DNA of 64,000 bases from Candidatus Obscuribacteraceae bacterium (GTDB lineage: Bacteria; Cyanobacteriota; Vampirovibrionia; Obscuribacterales; Obscuribacteraceae), in assembly GCA_044229845.1 (NCBI GenBank), contig JBGASG010000003.1, positions 320,001-384,000 on the forward strand, written 5' to 3'. Numbering within the stretch: the stretch's first letter is position 1; every line of letters starts with the position of its first letter. The notes below the pieces were generated by a model. It did not search any database and was not told where the DNA came from. It saw only the letters and a list, made by a program, of their open reading frames with translations. Below are positions 18,832-27,600 of the stretch, in pieces. Both the position numbers and the translations under genes were made by a program.

Positions 18832-19317
18832 TCAACCGGCGGCGCGCTGTCCGTGTGTATGACTTTTTGCTGTAGTGTCTGTTAGACGAATGATTTCTAC
18901 TGAACAATGGGCACGAGCCAGCACAGCTTCCGCAATGCTGCCGATGAAGAATTTGGCCAGTCCGGTTCTGCCGTGCGAGCCGACAATAATCATATCTGCC
19001 TGCCATTCATCAGCAATCTGCACTATGCGACCTTCAATCGATCCGGCGGTTACCAATCCGGCGATGTTGGTGCCGCACGTTTCTGTCAGTTGAGCGACCG
19101 CTTTTGAGACCATCTGCTCACCGAACGTACGCCCCGCTTCATGCACCATCGCCGAGACATCACCGAAGCTGTGACTCAGACCTATATAGGTAGCCGGCAA
19201 TGGTTGCACCACATGCAAAACCAAGAACTGCGTGTCATCAGCCCACTCGCGCTCTGCCACCGAATCCAGTGCAGCCTGAGCAAAGCGAGACCCGTCCGTA
19301 GCGATTAGAACTTTCAT
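18832..19317 (-). CDS. Universal stress protein (UspA family)
   Basis: MKVLIATDGS...LHVV...ADMIIVGSHGRTGL...GSIAEAVL..AHCSV. Confidence 0.92.
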   Translation of the reverse strand: MKVLIATDGSRFAQAALDSVAEREWADDTQFLVLHVVQPLPATYIGLSHSFGDVSAMVHEAGRTFGEQMVSKAVAQLTETCGTNIAGLVTAGSIEGRIVQIADEWQADMIIVGSHGRTGLAKFFIGSIAEAVLARAHCSVEIIRLTDTTAKSHTHGQRAAG

Positions 19318-19516
19318 AAAACCTCCTCGCCTGGCGGTAGCAGGGTGTATGACGCGAGTCTGAACCGGGTGTTTCCCCAAAAGCTCTCAACTCAGCCATA
19401 CTGCTGCGCATAGGACTGCACGAGAATTATACTGCTACCGCAGATGGTGGCACTCAGATGAGGAACCATTGTCCGAGGCGGTGCGTCTGTGCCAGAAGTA
19501 TAGGGGAGGATAGATA

Positions 19517-19894
19517 ATGAAACGGTTCAGTTTCGCTTTAACACTTATTGCTCTTATGGGCATTCTGCCTGCGGCTAACGCTGATTCGCTGAAAGGTCCG
19601 CTGGAAGGTTCGGTTTCGGAAGACGGAATGAGCCTCAACTTCTGGCTGAACAGCCCGGTTGGCTCCGACGATCGCGGCCGCTATCTGCGTTTCGTGACCG
19701 ATGACCGTCTGCATCGAGATAATGTGGGTCTGCGCAATCGCGACTTTGAAAACTTCAGCAGCGATACGTTCACCGCGTCAGCCAGCGCCAACATGGGGAC
19801 GAAAACCAGAGGCATCGCGCGCGCCGCTCGCGAAAGCCAAACCCATCGTACGACCGCCAACCGCGCGATCTACATCACTGGTCCCTGGTTCTAA
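19517..19894 (+). CDS. Hypothetical exported protein
   Basis: GGGGAGGA RBS; signal peptide MKRFSFALTLIALMGILPAANA. Confidence 0.7.
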   Translation: MKRFSFALTLIALMGILPAANADSLKGPLEGSVSEDGMSLNFWLNSPVGSDDRGRYLRFVTDDRLHRDNVGLRNRDFENFSSDTFTASASANMGTKTRGIARAARESQTHRTTANRAIYITGPWF

Positions 19895-20119
19895 ACACCT
19901 CCGGAAATCAGCAATGACGAGCAGCTCACTCAGGTGGGCTGTTTCGTTTTGTCGACTAGCGGTTACAGCGCTTTGCTACCGCGTTGTCAGTTGCAAGCAG
20001 GAAGCAAAGCTTCCAACATAGCTCTTCACTAAAGGATCCACTGCCTGGTTGAGCATGTGATGATTGTTGAGGTACCCACGCTATCGTCTACTGCCCCACC
20101 GACCAAGGAAGTCACTCCT

Positions 20120-21406
20120 ATGGATGACGCAGATTGGCTCAAGTTCTTTGAGCAGGCCAAAAAGGCCACGGCGGAAGGAAAGTTTGGTTACGCTGAAACC
20201 AGCTGGTCAGCTGCTTTGCAAGAAGCCGAGACTTTCGGCCCCACGGATGAGCGCCTTGTAAAAACGCTGGAAGGTCAGTCTGAGACCTTTTGCTTGCAAG
20301 GCAAGTTCAGGCAGGCCGAAAGACCTTGCTTTCAGGTTTTGGAAATCTTCCGCAAACTGCATGGTGACACCCATGTGAAGAGCGGTTTTGCCGCTCACAA
20401 TCTGGCCAATGTCTATCACATGCAGCAAAAGTACGGGCAGGCGGAGCCGCTCTACAAGCTGGCTCTGTCGGTTAAAACTAAGGAGCTGGGAGAAACGCAT
20501 CCCGACGTCGGCAAGTTGCGAGACAGCTACATCGATCTTTTGATCAAGACCAATCGACAACCAGAAGCCGACAAGATCAAGTCTCCAGTTGCCCAGCCGG
20601 CAGCAGCTGTGGCTGCTGAAAAGCCAGGCGGCACCGGACAGCTGTTCCGCAACAAAGCGATTTCTGCGGAGTCGCTTGCCGGTCTGGCGGAGGAAAAACA
20701 ACCAGCGGAAGTCGAAAAGAATTCCATCCAAGCCGATGAGGAACTCTGGGAAGACTTAAAGAACCGCGCCGAAAAATTTCTCGCCACCGGACACAAGAAT
20801 GAGTCGCTCGATCTGTGGAATCAAGCGATCAACTTAGCCGAGCGCTTTCCGTCGCAAGAGAAACTCTCCTATTCGCTCGATCGCATCGGAGACATCATGT
20901 TCTCCACCGAAAAATATGGACAGGCAGAAATGGCCTGGTGGCGTTCTCTGCAAATCAAGCTGGCAGCCATCGGAGAAGCGCATCCGGCCGTTGCTTACAC
21001 CGCCAACAAACTGGCCGGATTGCACTATTTGCTCGGTCGCTATTCCGAAGCAGAAGCGTACACAAAGAAATGCCGGGACATTTACACTGCCACCACCGGA
21101 AAAGAGCATCCGAACGTAGCCACGTGCTTAAATAACCTGGCAAGCCTCTATCACGTGCAAGGCAGATACGCAGAAGCTGAGGAAAACTACCTGGGAGCGA
21201 TGACCATCAGGAGAAAAATCCTCGGCACAGACCATGCGGAAACGCTCGCTGTCACTAAGAACTACGCAGCCTTGCTGAGAACTGTTGGTCGCGATCGCGA
21301 AGCTGCTGACCTCGACAAGGAGACCAGCGGCTTGATTACAGGCAGCTGGAAAGCCATTTCAATCGATGCTGATTCATTGCTGCGAGGCAAGAATCTCGAC
21401 GATTGA
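20120..21406 (+). CDS. Tetratricopeptide repeat protein (kinesin-light-chain-like TPRs); start may be 20057
   Basis: Repeated HP.VA..LNNLA.LY..QGRY.EAE..Y..A..I. Confidence 0.88.
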   Translation: MDDADWLKFFEQAKKATAEGKFGYAETSWSAALQEAETFGPTDERLVKTLEGQSETFCLQGKFRQAERPCFQVLEIFRKLHGDTHVKSGFAAHNLANVYHMQQKYGQAEPLYKLALSVKTKELGETHPDVGKLRDSYIDLLIKTNRQPEADKIKSPVAQPAAAVAAEKPGGTGQLFRNKAISAESLAGLAEEKQPAEVEKNSIQADEELWEDLKNRAEKFLATGHKNESLDLWNQAINLAERFPSQEKLSYSLDRIGDIMFSTEKYGQAEMAWWRSLQIKLAAIGEAHPAVAYTANKLAGLHYLLGRYSEAEAYTKKCRDIYTATTGKEHPNVATCLNNLASLYHVQGRYAEAEENYLGAMTIRRKILGTDHAETLAVTKNYAALLRTVGRDREAADLDKETSGLITGSWKAISIDADSLLRGKNLDD

Positions 21407-21447
21407 CGGCGCGTTTCGAGCTATCGAGAGCAGCGCCGCTCCCACAG

Positions 21448-21475
21448 AAAAAGCCCACCTTTCAGTGGGCTTTTT
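21448..21475. terminator. Bidirectional rho-independent terminator
   Basis: AAAAAGCCCAC-CTTTCA-GTGGGCTTTTT between convergent genes. Confidence 0.85.
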
Positions 21476-21538
21476 CCGGCTTTTTCTCCCATACAGGCGT
21501 TCAGGCGAGGACTCCTTCACACCCGTATCGAAGTCTGT

Positions 21539-22312
21539 TTAGCAGGCTTGAGCTGGCGTCAAGCTGCGAATGCTGAGCGAAGAGCTGGCGACAGATTCCG
21601 CGCACACCGAGGCGTACTGTCTTTCAGTGCTCTGCCATTTGGCTTTTACGATGCCGTTCTTGTAGATATCCTGGTGCGTCACGAACGCGATGCGCTGGCA
21701 GATGCTGGAGCCAGCCAGTTCGTTTTGAACTGCTTCTTGATGAGCATCATCGCGCGAGACAATCCAGATCATGTCGATCTCACCGCTCTCCAGCGCCTTT
21801 TCGCAGACGGCGGTCAGTTCCGCGCGATCAGCTTTCGGCTGGTTGATGATACCGATACGGTGATCTACACCATTGCGGTTAAAAGAGATCTTGGCATCAA
21901 TTGCCGTCGTGCCGGGAACCGCTTTCGTGGTTGTCCAAGCGACATTGCTGATCAACCCGTCCTTTTGGTCGACCAGGAAGAGCATGCGAAGATTAGCCAC
22001 TTCCAGAAGGTGGCGCTGGCTGTCGCAGTTGCCCAGGTCGATGTCGGTGCTCTGTGCAGTCAACAACTCGCGCGTCATCGGCGAGAGCATATACACAAGC
22101 GGTTTCGTGGGGGTTGTCCACCACGGAAGTTTGCCGCCGTGCCGTTCGCACAGGAGGTAATCGAGGTAGAAGAGTTTGCGTAGACGGTCGCGGATCAATA
22201 CCGGTTTATCGTCGCAAGAGATAAACCAGGCGATGTGTTTTTCGAGGAGAACTTGATGCTCTTCAATCAGTTTGAAGATCATCATGTCTCTGTCGCTTAG
22301 TTGAATGGCCAT
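21539..22312 (-). CDS. Replication-relaxation (Replic_Relax)-like winged-helix protein with a degenerate nuclease region
   Basis: LSDRD..I.K.I.EH..L...HI......RDRLRKL....YL...P.VY.LS...HLL.VA follows the Replic_Relax N-terminal pattern. Confidence 0.55.
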   Translation of the reverse strand: MAIQLSDRDMMIFKLIEEHQVLLEKHIAWFISCDDKPVLIRDRLRKLFYLDYLLCERHGGKLPWWTTPTKPLVYMLSPMTRELLTAQSTDIDLGNCDSQRHLLEVANLRMLFLVDQKDGLISNVAWTTTKAVPGTTAIDAKISFNRNGVDHRIGIINQPKADRAELTAVCEKALESGEIDMIWIVSRDDAHQEAVQNELAGSSICQRIAFVTHQDIYKNGIVKAKWQSTERQYASVCAESVASSSLSIRSLTPAQAC

Positions 22313-22422
22313 TGGGGGTGGTCCTCGTTTTGTTGTTTTGCCAGCGATCTTTCGGGGGTGTGCTTCTTGGTGTGGGGGGAGTCTTGCGACTCAGTTAGAC
22401 TCTATATGTTTTCAACCGTTCT

Positions 22423-23118
22423 TCATAGGTTAGGATCACGTGTTGTGTATTGCAAAAGTGCATCATCATGACGCGGTTGGTGAAGGTTGTAAGTGACTCT
22501 CATTTTGGAATCCATCATTTTTAGAGAGCGATATTGCTGTCTGAGCCCTTCGACACGGGTATGAATTTCTTCCAGCGAGGCTTGCAGTTCTTCTTGAGTC
22601 TTGGCCGCCTTGCGTGGGCGAATCATATCTTCGAAAACCGCAGCGGAATCGTCGTACCAGTCCGCCATGTTCTGCATGTAGACTGTGCTTTCCGGCATTC
22701 CATTGCAGGGCGGCATCGAACGAATGGTCTTAGCTAGCAGACGGTATCTCTTCGCGATTCCGGCAGCAGTGCGCGACCATTCCATGACCCGCTCGACTTC
22801 TTGATTGAGCGGCTTTTTCATAATCACGGCTTCGCTGACCGTCACTTTGTAGTGACCAACAGCGTCGTCATAGGCTTCCATCCACTCCAACGGTTTCGAT
22901 TGCGGAGTTACTCGCGGCATGACCCACGGGGGAGTCGGACGCTTGTAGGTGTTGGCAGCAGCATTCGGCACAGGTGCCGTGGTGCGGTTGAAAACGTCTC
23001 CTTTTTGTTGCGGATGACCGCCGTTCGGCTGCGTCGCTTGCGCCATGGAGGAGGCGAAAGTGGTGGCAGCGAAGATGGCGCTGGTCAATGCAATTTGGAT
23101 ACGTTTCGTGGCTGTCAT
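22423..23118 (-). CDS. Hypothetical exported helical protein
   Basis: Signal peptide ending MAQA; Pro-rich linker; helical C-terminal region. Confidence 0.75.
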   Translation of the reverse strand: MTATKRIQIALTSAIFAATTFASSMAQATQPNGGHPQQKGDVFNRTTAPVPNAAANTYKRPTPPWVMPRVTPQSKPLEWMEAYDDAVGHYKVTVSEAVIMKKPLNQEVERVMEWSRTAAGIAKRYRLLAKTIRSMPPCNGMPESTVYMQNMADWYDDSAAVFEDMIRPRKAAKTQEELQASLEEIHTRVEGLRQQYRSLKMMDSKMRVTYNLHQPRHDDALLQYTTRDPNL

Positions 23119-23185
23119 GTCCGTGGTCTGCTGCTAGTTGTCTGTCGGTAATACTGATGTTTTTCGCGCAGTGTGAGTTTCTTGC

Positions 23186-24673
23186 TTACGGTCCTGGGTT
23201 CGCTGGTCCACCCGGGTTCGCTGGTCCTGCTGGTCCTGCTGGTCCTGCTGGAGCCGGTCCCGGATTGGTCGGCGGAAGGAACGGTCCACCCGGTCCACCA
23301 CCGCCCGGTCCTGGAATGTTCATGCGCGTGCCGTCTTGGTACTGCGCCCAGGTGTCAGTAGAGTTGAAATCAAAGGTGTTCATCTGGACGATCTTCCAGA
23401 TGGTGTAGCCGGCGAGCAGGAGGAGCAAACCACCGACTGCACCGATGACTCGCGAACCGCCGTACGGGCTGCCGAAGACCATCGACCACGCTGCCAGAGC
23501 AACGATGATGGTGGCCATAACGACGCCCAGGATAACCAGATAGCGAGAGAAGACTCTTACTGTCGGGAGCGGTCCCATGAAGTCATATTTTGGTTGTTGT
23601 TTTTGACGGTTGAGTTGGGTGTCTTGTTCGCCGTTGGCTCCAGCTTTGGCTCCGCCGTTGTTAACGATGCCGAGACCATTGTTGTTGCCGCCGTTGTTGA
23701 CGACTTGTTGTCCGCCGTTGCCGCCGCCGAAGTCGTTCTGACGTGTGCCACCATTGCCGGCACCACCTTCGAACTGACCGTTGCCGCCGTTGCCGGCACC
23801 ACTTTCAAATACGCCGCGTCCGCCGTTGCCCTGGCCGCCTTCGAACAGTCCCTGACCGCCGTTGCCGCCACCGCCTTCGAACACGCCTTGACCGCCGTTA
23901 CCAGCGCCGCCTTCGAAGAAACCACGGCCACCGTTGCCCTGACCGCCTTCGAACGTGCCGCGACCGCCATTGCCCTGGCCGCCTTCGAACAGTCCTTGAC
24001 CGCCATTGCCGGCGCCGCCTTCGAACATGCCCTGACCGCCGTTGCCATAGCCACCTTCAAAGGTGCCTTTGCCATTGTTGCCCCAGCCGCCTTCGAAGAG
24101 TCCCTGTCCGCCGTTGCCGGCGCCGTTTTCATACTTGCCCTGACCGCCGTTGCCGTAGCCGGGTTCGTAGGTGTTTTTGCCGCCGTTGCCCCAGCCGCCT
24201 TCGTAGAGACCTTGACCGTTGATCGGCGCGCCGTTTTCATACACACCGTCCATTTGACCGTGTTGTGTTTGATAACGACCGTAGTTGTTGATGACTGGAC
24301 CTTTGGTGCCCGGGGCGCCACGGGTTCCGAAAATGTTGCCGTGTGTCGGATCGGCAAAGCTGGACGGAGGCAAGCTCGAAGCGCCTTGATCGCCGGGAAT
24401 GACACGCGGAGCCATGGAGCCATCGCCGACCGGCGGCGGTTGTCCTTGCGGAGCAGCTTGGTTAGGACGCTGCCAGGAAGCACCATGGATCAAAGGAGTA
24501 CGCAATGTCGATTGTTGCGTCGGACCGGACAAGCATGGCTTGGTCGGGTTGTACAGCATCTCGGCATATTCAGCGCGAGCGGTTGTCGGTGCGAACAGCA
24601 TCACCACACCAGTGATGATCAGGCTGATCGCCGTCAACGCTTGTTTTACTCCAACTCTATCCTTGCCTGACAT
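23186..24673 (-). CDS. Exported Gly/Asn-rich 12-aa repeat protein with a C-terminal two-TM hairpin (TrbC/VirB2 pilin-like)
   Basis: AGGAGA RBS, signal peptide ending ARA, 14 xFEGGxGNGGxG repeats, two hydrophobic helices, Pro/Gly tail. Confidence 0.8.
   Translation of the reverse strand: MSGKDRVGVKQALTAISLIITGVVMLFAPTTARAEYAEMLYNPTKPCLSGPTQQSTLRTPLIHGASWQRPNQAAPQGQPPPVGDGSMAPRVIPGDQGASSLPPSSFADPTHGNIFGTRGAPGTKGPVINNYGRYQTQHGQMDGVYENGAPINGQGLYEGGWGNGGKNTYEPGYGNGGQGKYENGAGNGGQGLFEGGWGNNGKGTFEGGYGNGGQGMFEGGAGNGGQGLFEGGQGNGGRGTFEGGQGNGGRGFFEGGAGNGGQGVFEGGGGNGGQGLFEGGQGNGGRGVFESGAGNGGNGQFEGGAGNGGTRQNDFGGGNGGQQVVNNGGNNNGLGIVNNGGAKAGANGEQDTQLNRQKQQPKYDFMGPLPTVRVFSRYLVILGVVMATIIVALAAWSMVFGSPYGGSRVIGAVGGLLLLLAGYTIWKIVQMNTFDFNSTDTWAQYQDGTRMNIPGPGGGGPGGPFLPPTNPGPAPAGPAGPAGPANPGGPANPGP
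23741..24244 (-). repeat. Coding tandem repeat, 14 x 36 nt, plus about 3 degenerate units down to ~23633
   Basis: Units such as LFEGGQGNGGRG and MFEGGAGNGGQG. Confidence 0.9.
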
Positions 24674-24686
24674 TATGTGGTCTCTC

Positions 24687-27600
24687 CTATGAGTCCTGAT
24701 TGTGATTGTCAGAATTGCCATCTTCCTTTTTGGCAGGCGCGACGGTCACCGTCTGGGTGAGTTGCGCAAGTTGTCGCGAGAGCGACGCGAGTTCACTGAT
24801 CGACGGGAAGTCGAGCATCTCGTCGGATTCATCGGCCCAGAGGCTGGCGGCCAGCGATCTGGCGACATCCTGGGCGGTGGAAGGAGCTTCAGTCGCCGGA
24901 ACTTGCAGTTCTTCAGCGTGCACCACTTCCGGTTCTACTTGTTCGGCGCAGGGGATGCCCTGAGCGGCAGCACCAATTACGGTGGCTTCGGGTTCCAGCC
25001 CCATTGGTTGCACCAGTTCGGCCAACTCTTCCAGAGTTTCTGGGCTCATTTCGAGCATCGCCGGATCCATCACGTCTTTCTCGGCACGAGCCGGCATGTC
25101 GGTGAGGATGTCGGTTGTTTGTTCGCTGATGAATGCATCGAGCAGGTCGGAAGAAACCGGTTCGTCTTCGATATCGTCGATGAGCGGCTCCATGGACATT
25201 TCGAATTTGGTTTTGACGGCGCCCTTGGCGTTGGTGACGGAGGTGATGATCGGTGCCGTCGGCGTCGGGCGCACGACAGGCTCGTAATCGCCAGCCGGAA
25301 TCTCGATGATGTTTCTGCCTTCTTCTTCGAATTGAGCAACTTTGGAGACCATGTACTCTTCTTCGAGCGACTTGGCAGCGGCTTCGCGAGCGTCTTTCTC
25401 GGCAGCCTCTTCTTGGGCTTCGACGTATTTGCCCAGAGTCACTTCCAGACCGAGACCGCGCAGTTCGCAGCACAGTCCGTCGAAAGCAGCGGTGCGTCCG
25501 CCGGCGGTGACTTCCTTGCCTTGCACCATATCGGCATAAGCTTGATGGCGGCCTTGAATGTCATCGGACTTGATGGTCATCATTTCGTGCAGCAGGTGCG
25601 AGGCGCCGTAGGCTTGAATTGCCCAGACTTCCATTTCGCCCATGCGCTGTCCGCCGTGGTTGGCTTTGCCGCCGACCGGCTGTTGTGTAACAGCGGCGTA
25701 CGGTCCGCCCAATCCGGAGCGGGCATTGATTTTGTGCAGAACCAACTGGTTGAGCTTCAGCATGTACTGTCTGCCGACCAGGACCGGCGAGTCGAAAGCT
25801 TCGCCTGTTCTGCCGTCAAACAATTGCACTTTGCCGGATTCGGTAACCCACTCATAGCCGGGCAGTTTGCGCACTTCGGCAAGAGCTTGGGTGACGAGCT
25901 TGAAGGAAGCATCTTTTTCCAGCGATTCGTCGAACTGGTGAATGCGATAGTGACGATTGAGGATGCTGGAATAAAGACCTAGTTGTGTGTCGAATACTTG
26001 ACCGACGTTCATACGGCTGGGGACGCCCAGTGGATTCAACACGATGTCGCACGGAGTGCCGTCCGGCAGGTAAGGCATGTCTTGATCAGGAACTACGATC
26101 GAGACGATACCTTTGTTGCCGTGGCGTCCAGCCAGCTTGTCGCCGACTTCGAGCGGGCACAAACGCGCGATAAGTACTTCGATTTCGCAGATGATGCCAG
26201 CTTTCAATTCCGGTGTGGTTTCCGGTGTGAAGATGCGGACATCGATAACGCGACCACCCGAGCCGTGCGGAACACGCAGGCTGCTGTCAGCCATTTCTTC
26301 CGCCACTTTACCGAAGATAGCTTGCAAGAGTTCTTCTTCAGCGGAGAGAGCGCGAGCTTCTTTCGGGCTCAATTTGGCGACGAGAATATCGCCCGGGTTG
26401 ACGTAGCTGCCGACCATGGCGATGCCGCGTTCGTCGAGATGCTCGAGGTCTTTACCGGCGACGTTCGGCAGTTCCGGCGTCAGAATTTCTGGTCCGCGCA
26501 GGGTCTGGTGAACACCGATGGAGTGCTTTTCGATTTCGATGTGCGAAAGTTTGTGGTCGCGGATCAAACCTTGACGGACGACAATCGCGTCTTCGAAGTT
26601 GTAGCCGTTCCATGGCACGAAGGCGACGAGAAGGTTTCTTCCCAGAGCCAGTTCGCCTTGATCGATACCAGGACCATCAGCGATGATCTGTCCGGCTTCG
26701 ACGCGATCGCCCTGTCTGACGATCGGGCGCTGGTCGAGAATTGTGTTCTGGTTGGTGCGGTCGAAGCGAATCATGTTGTAGGTGCGCGATTCGCCGGAAG
26801 CTTGGGTGATGACGATCTGATCGCCGTTGACCAGGCTGACAGTACCGGCGCGACGGGCGACGACTGAGTGACCGGACGAGCGAGCGACGATTTTTTCCAT
26901 GCCGGTGCCGACGCGCGGACGTTCCGGCTTGATCAAAGGCAGAGTTTGGCGCATCATGCCGCCACCCATGAGAGCGCGGTTGGCGTCATCATGCTCGAGG
27001 AAAGGAATGAGAGCCGATCCGACCGAGATGAAACCTTGCGGAGCAATACCGATCATGTCTACTTGATCTGGTGTCACTTCGAAGAACTGTTCGCCGCAGC
27101 GTGCCGAAACGAACGGTCCTTGAATCATGTCGTTTTCGACTTTGGTGTCGGGCGGTGCAAGCGTGAAACGCTTGTCGTCTGATGGTGTCAGGTAACGGAC
27201 TTCATTGGTCACATGTCCGTTTTGCACGACGCGATAGGGAACGGTCATGAAGCCGTCGTCATCGATACGGCAGTAGGTTGCCAGATATGCCACCATACCG
27301 CAGTTTTTACCTTCAGGCGATTCCACCAGGCACACGCGACCGATTTGCGAAGGATGCACATCGCGCATTTCGTTCGGAGCGGCGTTCGGGTCGATGCCAC
27401 CAGGACCGAAGGAGGTGATTCTTCTTCTGTGCGACAGTTCGGAAAGTGGGTTCTGTTGGTCGAGGTATTGAACCAGGGGGTTGCCGGCGAAGAACTTGCT
27501 CATGGCATTGACGAACGGGCGCGAATCGACGAAATCATTGGCGCTGCCGATTTCATCTTCTTCGAACAGTTCGAGGCGGGTGCGAATCGAGCGCGACATT

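Noticed and set aside
23633..24244. 36-nt periodic repeats as a CRISPR array
   Set aside because: No unique spacers, units are contiguous and in frame within a signal-peptide protein, and there are no cas genes.
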